This document shows positions 42,079 to 51,837 of a DNA stretch of 64,000 nucleotides, piece after piece. Both the position numbers and the translations under genes were made by a program. The notes beneath the pieces are model-generated. The model had not been told where the DNA came from and searched no databases. It saw only the letters and a program-made list of their open reading frames with translations. Each line of letters begins with the position of its first letter. Position 1 is the stretch's first letter. Origin of the DNA: an uncultured delta proteobacterium (GTDB taxonomy: Bacteria > Myxococcota > Myxococcia > Myxococcales > Myxococcaceae); assembly GCA_963771175.1 (NCBI GenBank), contig CAVYSY010000033.1:512001-576000 (forward strand). Reading direction: 5' to 3'.

Positions 42079-42723
42079 TCAGGTGTCGCCGGGGAGGGGG
42101 TCGGTGAGGTAGCGCTGCAGGGTGGGGGCGCAGCAGCCCACGAGCACCTCGGTATCGGCACTGGCGAGGGGCTCGATGCACAGGACGAAGCGGGTCATCG
42201 CCAGACCGATGAGGTGGGAGCCGACGAGGGCGGCTCGCAGCTGCGGCTGGGAAAGCCCGAGCGCCGTGGCGACGCGACCGGACACCTGCCGGGTGATGAA
42301 CTCACGCATCATCCGGACTGCGGCCTCGTGCCCGCCCGCCGAGCGCAGCAGCGCCACCATCGGGTTGACCGGGTGCATGGACTTCTCCCAGGAGGCGAGC
42401 ATGAGCCGGAGGATTCGTTCCCCGAGGCCGGCGACTCCCCCCGCGATCAGCTCCGGGAGGACCTCGGCGGGAACGATCGCCAGTTCCATCGCCACGGCGA
42501 AGAGCCGATCCTTCGACTTGAAGTAGTGCAGCACCAGCGCCGGGTCGACACCGGCCTGGGCGGCGATGCCCCGAATGGTGGCGCTGTCATACCCGTGCTC
42601 GGTGAACTGCGCCCGTGCCGCGGCCAGGATGGCCTCGCGGTTGGGCGGTGAACCCGAGGGACGACCCCTCTGCCCTCTTCCGGTCTTCGGACTCCGGGCC
42701 CCCCGGCTCCTACGCGACGTCAT
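42079..42723 (-). CDS. TetR-family transcriptional regulator
   Basis: RGRP...REAILAAA, TIRGIAAQAGVDPALVLHYFKSK HTH. Confidence 0.92.
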   Translation of the reverse strand: MTSRRSRGARSPKTGRGQRGRPSGSPPNREAILAAARAQFTEHGYDSATIRGIAAQAGVDPALVLHYFKSKDRLFAVAMELAIVPAEVLPELIAGGVAGLGERILRLMLASWEKSMHPVNPMVALLRSAGGHEAAVRMMREFITRQVSGRVATALGLSQPQLRAALVGSHLIGLAMTRFVLCIEPLASADTEVLVGCCAPTLQRYLTDPLPGDT

Positions 42724-42744
42724 CGGGACCACCCTCTCTCCACT

Positions 42745-42813
42745 TCAACGCGTGTTGACATCTTGTCATGTCGTTCGTAGGAAGCGCCGCACCTGGATAT
42801 CAACATGTGTTGA
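42745..42813. promoter_or_regulatory. Two palindromic operators TCAAC-N4-GTTGA (probable TetR sites)
   Basis: TCAACGCGTGTTGA at 42745-42758 and TCAACATGTGTTGA at 42800-42813, in the divergent intergenic region. Confidence 0.7.
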
Positions 42814-42929
42814 ACCAGGATGCTTCCCTGGCCGGGGGGAGACCCGAGTCCGTGCCGCGCTCGGCGCTATTCGGGCGCGAACAACGGACAGCACGAGAGG
42901 TATTCACTTTGAGTGCTTCACGAAGGCCC

Positions 42930-43913
42930 ATGCTGTCCTGGCACACTGGTTTCTGTGCGGTCCTGCTCCTGTTGCTGGCCCCCCTGGCGCATGCACAACC
43001 CGTGGAAGAGGAGCCCCGCGACGAATCGGCGCAGGTGCCGGACAATGAGGGGAGCGGCGGCCCGGGCGGCGCCTCGATTCCGTCCCCTCCGCACGCGCCG
43101 GGCGGCAGGGTCCAGCCCGGGCTCTTTCTCGGTGACGAGTTCCGTTATGGGAACAAGGTCCTTCCCCTGCGGGTGCTCGCCGATCTCGTCGCCATCCCGG
43201 CGGGAATGGCGCGCTGGGAGGCACCCGACTGGGCGACCTTCTCCCTGGTGACGCTCGCGACGGGCGTGTTGATGCTCCCGCTCGACCATCCGCTGGATGC
43301 GCGCCTCCAGGACTCCCTCCACGAGGCGCTCGGGCCGGATCGCTTCAAGATCTGGACGCCGATGGGGGACGTGCTCGTCCACGCGGGGCTCTGGGGCACG
43401 ATGGCGGGTGTTCTCGCCTGGGGGCTGCTGAAGGATGACGCGCGAGCCGTGCAACTGGTGTCGCTGACGATCGAGGCCTTCGCGGTGACGCAGGCCTTCC
43501 ACCTCACCTTCAAGCTGCTGCTGGGCCGCGAGGGGCCGAGGAATGGCGAGGGGCTCGGCCGCGTCTTCGGACCCACCGCGTCGCTGAAGCTCTTCCCGGC
43601 GGGCACGCCCTCGGGCCACGTGTCCAGCCTCTACGCGATGATGGGCGTGGCGACGGCTTATCTGGACAACCTGCCACTCACGCTGGCGCTGCACGCCTTC
43701 GGGCTCGTCTTCGCGACCACCATCGTCACGGATGACTACCACTTCCTCTCCGATGTCATCTGGGGCGCGGCCATGGGGTACGCCATCGGCCAGTGGGTGG
43801 TCCACCACCGCGCATCCCGGAACGGAGCGCCAGCGAAGAGCGGACCCCTGTTCATGGTGGTGCCGATGCTGTCACCGCAGGGCACGGGGCTGGCTGCTGG
43901 TTTCCGCTTCTGA
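42930..43913 (+). CDS. PAP2-family phosphatase with signal peptide
   Basis: K-x4-REGP, PSGH, HFLSDV; C-terminal GLAAGFRF. Confidence 0.8.
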   Translation: MLSWHTGFCAVLLLLLAPLAHAQPVEEEPRDESAQVPDNEGSGGPGGASIPSPPHAPGGRVQPGLFLGDEFRYGNKVLPLRVLADLVAIPAGMARWEAPDWATFSLVTLATGVLMLPLDHPLDARLQDSLHEALGPDRFKIWTPMGDVLVHAGLWGTMAGVLAWGLLKDDARAVQLVSLTIEAFAVTQAFHLTFKLLLGREGPRNGEGLGRVFGPTASLKLFPAGTPSGHVSSLYAMMGVATAYLDNLPLTLALHAFGLVFATTIVTDDYHFLSDVIWGAAMGYAIGQWVVHHRASRNGAPAKSGPLFMVVPMLSPQGTGLAAGFRF

Positions 43914-43964
43914 GCGGGCGCGCCGCGAGCCCCAGCCCGGCCCGCCGCTCAGGTGGGCAGGTTC

Positions 43965-45419
43965 TCAGCGGCGGTACTCGAGCCCGGCCAGCGCCAGCCA
44001 GTTCTTGTAGTTCCAGTCGACGTCGTAGGCGCGGCTGCGCGGGAAGCTCCCGGGGACGTAGCTCGGGAAGTTCGTCTTGCTCACCACCCACCGCCCCTCC
44101 AGCTTCACCGACAGCTCCGGCCGAAGCGCGAAGCGCAGCTCCCCCCCCACGACGCCGCGCCGATCAACACGGCGATCTCCGAAGGTCAGCGGCGGGTGGC
44201 CAGGGCCCTCCACATAGCTGTTCTCCCCGTAGCGCCGCAGCCAGACCTCGGCGGTGGCCTGGAGCGACACCCGCTCCATCGGCGAGTACGCCACCCGCAG
44301 CTCCGGGTGGTGCCCGGTATAGGAGTAGTAGCCCTGAAATCGATCCTCGACGAGCTCGAAGCCATAGCCCGCCTCCACCTCGAGGCGCCTCTGGAACAGC
44401 CAGAGCTTCCCCCCCAGGGAGGGCTCTCCCCCGAGGAAGGACTGCAGCGGATTGGGCGGAAGCCCCCCGGGCCCCGCGTGCGTCTGCCCCGTACCTGCAT
44501 CACGGCCGAAGAGGAACGAGTCCTGGCGGGCGAACCCACGGACTCCCGCCATCAACCGAAAGCCCTTGCCCACATAGCGCCAGCCCAGCTCCAGCGCATG
44601 CTCCGTGTGGTCCAGGGGCGTCAGGTGCATCGGCTCCTCGATGGGCTCGAAGGTCGGGTCCGCCGCGTAGTCCGCGAGCACGTAGCGGTAGCTCAGGCGG
44701 AGGCGGTGGCGCCGAATGGGAGTGCCCACGAGCTCCACTCCCAACCGTTGGTCCAGGTGGCTCGCGCGCGAGGTCGGCGCGAAGCCGCCGCCGGCCAGGG
44801 GCTGGTACAAGTCCGGCCAGCCGGGCCGCCAGAACCCGGAGAGCCCGCCTTCCACCGAGACCTTCAAGCGGCGGCTCTGCTTCCACGTCAGCTCGAGGCC
44901 GCCGTTCCCCAGGGTCTCTGACAACGAGGCCCCCAACGTCTGACGGTGCGAGAGGCGGAGCGGGAGCCGCAGGAGGAGGTCCCCGTACCGAGCCGTGGAA
45001 ATGGCGGCGACCTCCGCGACGATGAGCGCTCCCCTATCCTTGCGGACCTGCAAGCCCTGGAAGGCCCCCGCGGAGAGGTTGGCCCTGAGTCGGACGCCGA
45101 GCCCAGGCCCGCCAGGCACCTCATCCGGGTCGCCGGGCTCGTCGGCCTCGGGGGGCGGCGCCTCGGGAGCGCCCGCGCGGGCGGACTCGTCCGAGGCGCC
45201 GGGCGTTTGAGAAGGCACATCGGCCGGGGCAGGCGCAGCGGCCTTCTTTTTCTTCTTCTTCTTTCGCTTCTGCTCCCCGTTGCCCGAGGACGAGGCAGGA
45301 GGCTCCTGCCCGTCCTCGGGCTGCACTTCCGGAGACAGCGGGGCGCGAATCTCCTGGGCTTGCCCCTGGGAAGGGGTGAGCAGGAGCACCGCCACGAGAG
45401 CCAGCAGCCACCGCGTCAT
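43965..45419 (-). CDS. Putative outer-membrane beta-barrel protein
   Basis: Signal peptide, disordered N-terminus with KRKKKKKK, alternating amphipathic strands, ends LAGLEYRR. Confidence 0.65.
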   Translation of the reverse strand: MTRWLLALVAVLLLTPSQGQAQEIRAPLSPEVQPEDGQEPPASSSGNGEQKRKKKKKKKAAAPAPADVPSQTPGASDESARAGAPEAPPPEADEPGDPDEVPGGPGLGVRLRANLSAGAFQGLQVRKDRGALIVAEVAAISTARYGDLLLRLPLRLSHRQTLGASLSETLGNGGLELTWKQSRRLKVSVEGGLSGFWRPGWPDLYQPLAGGGFAPTSRASHLDQRLGVELVGTPIRRHRLRLSYRYVLADYAADPTFEPIEEPMHLTPLDHTEHALELGWRYVGKGFRLMAGVRGFARQDSFLFGRDAGTGQTHAGPGGLPPNPLQSFLGGEPSLGGKLWLFQRRLEVEAGYGFELVEDRFQGYYSYTGHHPELRVAYSPMERVSLQATAEVWLRRYGENSYVEGPGHPPLTFGDRRVDRRGVVGGELRFALRPELSVKLEGRWVVSKTNFPSYVPGSFPRSRAYDVDWNYKNWLALAGLEYRR

Positions 45420-45435
45420 CCGCAGACTCCTGCGC

Positions 45436-46407
45436 CTAGCAGCCCTTGCCCGCTTTGTAGGACTGGGCCTGCGTGAGGTACGGGCTCGCGGGGAACTTCG
45501 TCTGCAGCTCGGTGTAGGTCGAGTTGGCCGAGGCGCAGTTGCCCTGATCGGCGTAGATGCGAACCTCGTAATAGAGGGCATTGTCCGCGTACTGGCTCGT
45601 CGAATAGGTGGTGACCACGCCCTTGAAGTCGGTCAGTGCATCGGGGAGCTGCGTCAGGCCGTAGTGGCACCGCCCCACGTAGTACTGCGCGTCATCGGCG
45701 TAGATGGAGCCCGCCGTCTGGAAGACGCGCTGGAAGGGACCGACGGCCGAGGCGTAGTCCTTTCGATCGAAGTAGCTGCGCCCCAGGTAGTAGCGGACGT
45801 TGTCCACGTAGCTGCTGCTCGGGAAGGCCGTCTCCGCCTTCGTCAGCTCGGTCGCGGCGCCCGGCAGGTCCCCGAGCTCGTAGAGGCAGCGTCCCAGGAA
45901 GTACTGGGCATTGTCCGCGAACACACCTTGGGGAGCCGCCTGGAGCGCGGCCTGGAAGTCCGCTTTCGCGCCCGTGAAGTCGTTGAGCTGGTACCGCGAG
46001 CGCCCGGTGAAGTACGCCGCCGAGTGGAAGAAGGGAGACGTGGGGTAGAGTTCCCGCATCTGCATCAGCGTGGTGATGGCCCCGTTGTAGTCCACCAGCT
46101 CGTACCGGCAGCGCCCCGCGAGATAGGCGGCATTGTCTCGACGGGGAGAGTCCGGGAACTTCTGCACCAGCTCGTCCAACTTCGCCTGGGCCGTCGCGTA
46201 GTCGGGGATGTTGTACGCGGTGAGCCCCTCCTGGAAGAGCACCTCGTCCGGAGCGCTCGGGTCGATGGGGCTTGGAGAGCCCGGGGCAATGGGGCTCGTG
46301 TCCCCTCCGCAGGCGGCCACTGACATGAGCAGGCCGCTGCAGACGAGAAGGAGCGCGAAGCCTCTCCAAGGAGCGAGGGAGAGGGAAGAAAAGCGGGGGA
46401 TTGGCAT
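45436..46407 (-). CDS. TPR-repeat lipoprotein (BamD/CpoB-like repeats)
   Basis: VAAC lipobox; about six ~37-aa repeats of P-x-S-x3-DNA-x-Y-x2-GR-x2-Y; AGGAG RBS. Confidence 0.85.
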   Translation of the reverse strand: MPIPRFSSLSLAPWRGFALLLVCSGLLMSVAACGGDTSPIAPGSPSPIDPSAPDEVLFQEGLTAYNIPDYATAQAKLDELVQKFPDSPRRDNAAYLAGRCRYELVDYNGAITTLMQMRELYPTSPFFHSAAYFTGRSRYQLNDFTGAKADFQAALQAAPQGVFADNAQYFLGRCLYELGDLPGAATELTKAETAFPSSSYVDNVRYYLGRSYFDRKDYASAVGPFQRVFQTAGSIYADDAQYYVGRCHYGLTQLPDALTDFKGVVTTYSTSQYADNALYYEVRIYADQGNCASANSTYTELQTKFPASPYLTQAQSYKAGKGC

Positions 46408-46454
46408 TGTCGATACTCCTGTCATTGCTTGCTGCGATCCGGCCCTGGAAAAGT

Positions 46455-48386
46455 TCAAGGAGGAGTAGCCTGGGCAGAGACCGTGGCGCACTTGCCCAGG
46501 AGTCCCTGGAGGCGCTCGTCGGTGGGGGCCTCGGCGCGCAACGCCTGGGCCCGTTGGCGGCAACCCTCCCCATCCCCCTGCCGCCCAAGGATCTCCGCCA
46601 GGGCGATGCGCGCGCCCAGATCCCCTGGCCGCAGATCCAGCAGGTCCTCGTAGGCACGCCGGGACTCGGCCAGGTGGCCCTCCAGCAGCTCGAGCTCTCC
46701 GAGCTTGCGCTGGCTGAGGAGGTGCTCACTGTCGACGGTGAGTGCCTGGCGCAGCGCCTCGAGGGCCTCCGTGCGCTTGCCCTCCGCCTCGAGCGCGAGC
46801 CCCAGGTTGTACCAGGCCGAGGCGTACCGGGGGGCCAGGGTGACCAGCTTCCGGTAGGTGGCCAGCGCCTCCGCGCGCTGACCTGAGCGGACATGGGCCA
46901 CGCCCAGGTTCAGCATCGCCCGCGTATAGCTGGGGCGCGCCTTCAGCGCCCCCTGGTAGGCGGGGATGGCGTCCGCGTACTTCCCCTGGCGGGAGAACAG
47001 CTCTCCCAGGTTGTACCAGGCCGAGGCGTAGGAGGCGTCCAGCTCGATGGCCTTGCGGTACGCCGCCTGGGCCTCGACCAGCCGCCCGGCGTCGGCATGG
47101 AGCCCGCCCAGGTTGTTGTACGCGGCGCGGTAGTCGGGGCGCAGCTTCAGCGCCTCTTCGTAGGCTTGCTGCGCCTTGTCCGGATGGCCCTCGCTCTTCT
47201 CCAGCAGCCCGAGGTTCAGCCAGGCCTCCGGGTAGTTCCCCTTCGCGCGGGAGATGGCCTCCCGATAGTGCTGACGTGCCTGATCCGCGCGATCGTCCCG
47301 ATCCGCCACGAGCGCGGCGAGGAAGTGGTGCTCGGGCACGTCGGGCGCATCCTGAAGCAGACGCTCCGCCTCGAGGCGCGCCCGGGTGAAGTCCCGCCGC
47401 TCCAGCGCGATGCGGATCAGACGTCGGCGCACGTAGCGGTAGCCCGGGTCGAGCTGGAGCGCCCGCTCGTAGGCGGCCACCGCGGCCGGATTGTCGCCCT
47501 GGCGCTCGTACGCCCGCCCGAGCGCGCTGTGGACGGTGGCCAGGTCCGGGGCGAGCTCCGCCGTGCGCTGCAACATCACCATCGCGCGATCCAGGTCTTC
47601 CTTCTGTCCGCTCTCCAGATAGGCGCGGGCAGTGCCCAGCCGGACCTCGACCCGGGCGGGCGCGAAGAGGATGGCCTGCTCGAAGGCATGGGTAGCCTCC
47701 TCCCGCTGCCTGGCCGCGAGGTAGGCCGCGCCCAGGGACACCAGGGCGCTCGCGCGCTCCTCGTTGCCTCCCGAGGCGGCGGCGGTCTTCAGCTCCGCGA
47801 TGGCCTCCGCGAGAGCGCCCCGCTTGTGGAGGATGCTCCCCAGCGTCATGCGCGCCGCGCGATACGAGGGCCGGCGCTCCAGCAGCGCGCGGAGCTCCTT
47901 CTCGGCGCCCGCGACATCTCCCGTGGCGCTCCGGGCCCTCGCCAGGTCGAGCGAGAACCGCGGGACCTCGGGCTTGAGCGCCGTGGCGCGCTCGAGGTGG
48001 GGCAGGGACTCCTGAGGCCGGCGGGCGGCGAGCAGCCACGCACCCACCTCCCCGCGGAGGGGTGCCGAGTCCGGGTGCGCGGAGACGACCTGGGCGAACA
48101 GCCGCAGCGCCTCATCGAAGTCGGCCCGGAGCGCCGCCAGCCTCGCGCGGGCGTGGGTCTCGTCCAGCGGTGGGAAGGCCTCCGCCGCCTCCGAGGCGTC
48201 CCCGGCCGCAGGAGCCCCGTCGTCGTCCCGCTCTCCCGAGGCCAGGGCATCCTCTTTGCGGATCTCGATGACCACCGTCTGGTTTCCTCGCTGCCGCGCG
48301 TACTCCTCCAGCGCGAGGGCGCCGGCCACGAGCGCGACCAGCCCCACCAGCAGTGGCCAGAGCCTGTCCAGTACCAGCCGGTTCAT
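46455..48386 (-). CDS. Membrane-anchored multi-TPR protein
   Basis: N-terminal TM, many AWYNLG/AYNNLG TPR units; ATGA overlap with the ATP-grasp gene. Confidence 0.9.
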   Translation of the reverse strand: MNRLVLDRLWPLLVGLVALVAGALALEEYARQRGNQTVVIEIRKEDALASGERDDDGAPAAGDASEAAEAFPPLDETHARARLAALRADFDEALRLFAQVVSAHPDSAPLRGEVGAWLLAARRPQESLPHLERATALKPEVPRFSLDLARARSATGDVAGAEKELRALLERRPSYRAARMTLGSILHKRGALAEAIAELKTAAASGGNEERASALVSLGAAYLAARQREEATHAFEQAILFAPARVEVRLGTARAYLESGQKEDLDRAMVMLQRTAELAPDLATVHSALGRAYERQGDNPAAVAAYERALQLDPGYRYVRRRLIRIALERRDFTRARLEAERLLQDAPDVPEHHFLAALVADRDDRADQARQHYREAISRAKGNYPEAWLNLGLLEKSEGHPDKAQQAYEEALKLRPDYRAAYNNLGGLHADAGRLVEAQAAYRKAIELDASYASAWYNLGELFSRQGKYADAIPAYQGALKARPSYTRAMLNLGVAHVRSGQRAEALATYRKLVTLAPRYASAWYNLGLALEAEGKRTEALEALRQALTVDSEHLLSQRKLGELELLEGHLAESRRAYEDLLDLRPGDLGARIALAEILGRQGDGEGCRQRAQALRAEAPTDERLQGLLGKCATVSAQATPP

Positions 48387-49285
48387 GCCGAGAGCCTCCG
48401 CAGTGCCTTGCCGAGCCCGGAGCCATGGACGTTCTGGATCTCCAGCCCCGGGCGAGCGTTGATCTCCAGCACGAGCGGGCCCCGCTCCTGATCGAGCACG
48501 ATGTCCACGCCCAGGTACCCGAGCGGCACCGCGCCCGCCGCGCCCCGCGCCACCTCGAGGACGCGCTCCCAGTCCGGCACCTGCAGGCCCAGCAGGGGCG
48601 TCCCCGACTCGGGGTGGCGCTCGATAGGCATCCCATGGTGGAGGGCGCGGTGGGTCCGCCCCGTCTCCAGCTCGAGGGCGATGCCCAGCCCCCCCTGGTG
48701 CAGGTTGGCGCGGCCGCCGGACTCGGCGGTGGGGACACGGATCATCGACATCACCGGCTGGGCGTGGAGGGTGATGACGCGGATGTCGCAGAGCCCATCC
48801 GCCCACAGGGTCTGGAAGAACGCGTGCGGCACGATGCGCCGCTCGACGAAGGCGCGATCCTCGAGGCTCTTCGAGTAGACGCCGAAGACGATGTCCGCCA
48901 GGTGCCGCTGGAGCTGGGACGAGGTGATCGTCGCCCCGCCCGCCTTGCGCCACACCCCGGGCTCCAGGCGCTCGCCGACCACGAGGATGCCCTGCCCCCC
49001 GCCGCCGCTGGCGGGCTTGACGACGAAGTGCTCCTTCTCCAGGAGCGCCTCCACGGTGGAGGGGACCGCGTAGAGCCCATCGCAGACCGCCAGCGTCTCC
49101 GGTGCGGGCACCCCGGCCGCCGCGAACCGCTCCTTGGCCAGGAGCTTGTCGTCCGCGAGCGGGAAGTCCCGGCGCGGGTTGTTCGGGTACACGAGCATGA
49201 CGTTGCGCTGGTTGATGCCCACCAGTTCCTCGCGCCGGGCCTGGAGCTGGGCGAGGGACTCACGCAAGCGGGAGAGCCACTTCAT
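48383..49285 (-). CDS. ATP-grasp peptide ligase (alpha-L-glutamate-ligase-like, RimK-related)
   Basis: GINQRN, ADDKL, FVVKPASGGGGQGI, DIRVI, ANLHQGG, YLGVDIVLD, LEINARPGL-x-IQ. Confidence 0.9.
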   Translation of the reverse strand: MKWLSRLRESLAQLQARREELVGINQRNVMLVYPNNPRRDFPLADDKLLAKERFAAAGVPAPETLAVCDGLYAVPSTVEALLEKEHFVVKPASGGGGQGILVVGERLEPGVWRKAGGATITSSQLQRHLADIVFGVYSKSLEDRAFVERRIVPHAFFQTLWADGLCDIRVITLHAQPVMSMIRVPTAESGGRANLHQGGLGIALELETGRTHRALHHGMPIERHPESGTPLLGLQVPDWERVLEVARGAAGAVPLGYLGVDIVLDQERGPLVLEINARPGLEIQNVHGSGLGKALRRLSA

Positions 49286-50883
49286 GACGGGCTCCCCTGG
49301 AAGAGCAGGCGCCGGAAGCGCCGGTACTCCAGCAGCCGCACGCCCACCCAGCGCCCCAGGTAGACGTTGGCGGCCACCACCAGCAGCAGGATCTCCGGGA
49401 AGCCGATGACCAGCACCTGCAGCGCCAGCGAGTTCATCACCACGTAGCAGGCGAGCATGACGAAGAGCGTGCCGCCCAGCTCCTTGATGGCCGTCGTCGT
49501 GCCCTGCTCGGTGAGGGAGAGGTAGAAGCGCTCGGCGGTGATGGCCAGCACGGCGATGGGAAAGAACGTGACGTGCGCCAGCGCCATCAGCCCGACGTGC
49601 TCGGCCAGCAGGCTGGTGCCGAGCAGGGTCAGGGTGACGACCGCGCAGCAGGATGGCCAGCGTCGGAGAGTGGAGCAGCTCCAGCCGCTGGATCGCCCAG
49701 CGCACCAGCGCGACCACCACCACGACGATGAGCACCCCGACGACGCCCCAGAGCGCCCCGGTCTCGCCGGCGCGCCGCGGCGATCAGCGCGGGCAGGAAG
49801 GTGCCGAAGGTGGGCAGCCCGATCACGTTGCGGAACAGGACGACGACCAGCGCGCCGATCGGCAGCATGAGGATGGTGCGCAGCAGCGAGAAAGACAGCC
49901 CCATCCGCTCGAAGAGCGCCCACACGTTGAAGAGCTTGAACGAGGCCTTCGCCTTGGGCGAGGGCACGAGCTGGGACGTGACCTCGAAGCGGTAGTCGAA
50001 GTTGATGTCGGAGGTGTGGCGGAAGAGGGCCTCGTCGCCGTAGTAGAGGGTGAGGTAGCGCTCGGGCAGCTCCGCGAAGTGGTTGTTGGTCGGGCAGAAC
50101 GGCACCCAGTGCCCGGCGACGTAGGCCTCGACCCACTGGTGCGAGGTCTTCTTCGTGCCCGGCTCCAGGATGAGCCCGCCGACCAGCCGCGCCGGGATGC
50201 CCGCCGCGCGCGCCAGCGCCACGAAGAGCCGGCTCTTGCCGTTGCAGCTGGCCTCGCCGAGCCGCAGCGCGGTGAGCGCGTCCGTCGTGCCCTTGAAGGG
50301 CGCTCGGCGTGAGCCCGGAGGTCAGGTCGTAGATGCGCCGCAGCCGCTCCAGCACGGTGCCCCGGTCGGCGCCGATCCGCGCCAGGGCGGCGGCGATCTC
50401 CGGGGCGTCGACCTGGATCTCCTTCTCCGGCCGCAGGAAGGAGGAGACCGACGCGGGGTAGGTCTCCGGCACGGAAAGCCCAGAAGGGATGCGGAACTGG
50501 AGCGCGGAGGGCAGCACCTTGAAGCTGTAGCGGACGGGAGTCCCGTCCGGCACGTTGGCGCCCGTCCACGTGGCCTGCCGGTTCATGCCCTCCAGGCGCT
50601 GGTCGAAGTGGAGCCCCGGAGCCTGGTTCTCTTCCTGGCTGATCTGCTGGTGCGTATCCGAGGCGGGAAGGAACGTCCTCACCCGGACGTCCTCTCCATG
50701 CCCGTCGAACTCCAGCGCGTAGGTGACGTGGTAGCTCGTCAGCGGCAGGGTGTCTCGCAGCGAGTACCCCAGCGCCCGGACCTTGTAGAGCACCATGCCG
50801 CCCACGATGCACACGAGGAGGGCCCCGGTGAGCATCAGCTTCGTCCCGTGACTGAGTGGTGGCTTCTTCATGGGCATGAACAT
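49282..50883 (-). CDS. Transglutaminase-like domain + 7TM membrane domain protein; three +1 frameshifts (~50304, ~49775, ~49645)
   Basis: Joined frames give GEASCNGKSRLFVALARAAGIPARLVGG, SHQWVE, WVPFCPTN, then RNVIGLPTFGTFLP, FFPI-x6-ERF, GRWVGVRLLEYRRF. Confidence 0.82.
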   Translation of the reverse strand: MFMPMKKPPLSHGTKLMLTGALLVCIVGGMVLYKVRALGYSLRDTLPLTSYHVTYALEFDGHGEDVRVRTFLPASDTHQQISQEENQAPGLHFDQRLEGMNRQATWTGANVPDGTPVRYSFKVLPSALQFRIPSGLSVPETYPASVSSFLRPEKEIQVDAPEIAAALARIGADRGTVLERLRRIYDLTSGLTPSALQGHDGRAHRAAARRGQLQRQEPALRGAGARGGHPGAAGRRAHPGAGHEEDLAPVGRGLRRRALGAVLPDQQPLRGAARALPHPLLRRRGPLPPHLRHQLRLPLRGHVPARALAQGEGLVQALQRVGALRADGAVFLAAAHHPHAADRRAGRRPVPQRDRAAHLRHLPARADRRGAPARPGRSGASSGCSSSWWWSRWCAGRSSGWSCSTLRRWPSCCAVVTLTLLGTSLLAEHVGLMALAHVTFFPIAVLAITAERFYLSLTEQGTTTAIKELGGTLFVMLACYVVMNSLALQVLVIGFPEILLLVVAANVYLGRWVGVRLLEYRRFRRLLFQGSPS

Positions 50884-51085
50884 CGAGATGACCCATGCCC
50901 ATGGGGATCGGCCACCGGGCTCGTCGAAGCTCTCGATGGAGCGCCCCTGAGCGCCGGGGCGGCGGGCCCGCGTCGTGATGGTTGAGCCTCATACCGATGG
51001 CGGTGCTGGAGGTGTCGAAGGGGGGCGGAGTGAGGGTCTCCGCCTCGTGCTCGCGCTCCCGCCACCCTGTTGCATTTGACGGCTG

Positions 51086-51101
51086 GGGCATGTTGATTGC
51101 G
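51086..51101 (+). promoter_or_regulatory. Putative sigma54 promoter for the DUF3060-like gene
   Basis: GGGCATGTTGATTGC gives GG-N10-GC with TTGC, 70 nt upstream of ATG 51171. Confidence 0.45.
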
Positions 51102-51170
51102 TCCTCGGCGGAGGCCGACTCCGGCCTTCGTGACACATGTCCCAGGCTCTCGTCCTGGGGGAGGAATGCC

Positions 51171-51710
51171 ATGTCGAAGTTCATTCGAGGAACGGTGCTG
51201 TCGGGTGTGGTCGCGAGTCTCCTGCTGGTTCCGACCATGGGAGCGGCGCAGGGCGGCACGTCCGTGAAAGTGGGCAAGGACGGAAGCGTCGAGGTGAAGA
51301 CGGGCAACACGTCGGTGAAGGCCGACGGGTCCGGCGTGGACACCCGGACGGGTGGCACCGTGGTGGAGGCGCGGGACACCGAGGTGGAGGCGCAGGACGA
51401 GGACGAACAGGACGGGGAGGAGACGGCCGGCGCGCAGCTTGAGATCTCCAGCACGGGCAACACCGAGACGCACCGCTGCTCGCCGAAGACGGAGGTAGAC
51501 ATCAGCGGCAGCGAGAACGAGATCACGCTGACGGGTGAGTGCAAGAGCGTGAGCGTGAGCGGCGCCTCCAACAAGGTGAAGGTGGAGGCCGTCGGCACCA
51601 TCACCGTGGTGGGCAGCGGCAACGAGGTGCTCTGGAAGAAGGGCGTGGGCGGCAAGAAGCCCAAGGTGAGCCGCACGGGCGTCAACAACAAGGTGGCGAA
51701 GGCGCGCTGA
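51171..51710 (+). CDS. Secreted DUF3060-like beta-repeat protein
   Basis: GGAGG RBS, signal peptide, repeated (I/V)SGSxNx(I/V) units with two Cys. Confidence 0.75.
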   Translation: MSKFIRGTVLSGVVASLLLVPTMGAAQGGTSVKVGKDGSVEVKTGNTSVKADGSGVDTRTGGTVVEARDTEVEAQDEDEQDGEETAGAQLEISSTGNTETHRCSPKTEVDISGSENEITLTGECKSVSVSGASNKVKVEAVGTITVVGSGNEVLWKKGVGGKKPKVSRTGVNNKVAKAR

Positions 51711-51837
51711 GCGCTAGTGCACGTTGCCGGCGGGCTCGGGGCGGAGTCCCGGGCCGGACCTCCGGGAGTCGGTTAACCTCTCGGCCCGCGTCCGGCTCTG
51801 GACGCCGTTTCCACCTCCATCCAGGACACGCCCGCCC

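Noticed and set aside
45436..47300. Periodic repeats considered as a CRISPR array or DNA repeat element
   Set aside because: The periodicity is degenerate and in frame, explained by TPR protein repeats. There are no identical repeats with unique spacers and no cas genes.
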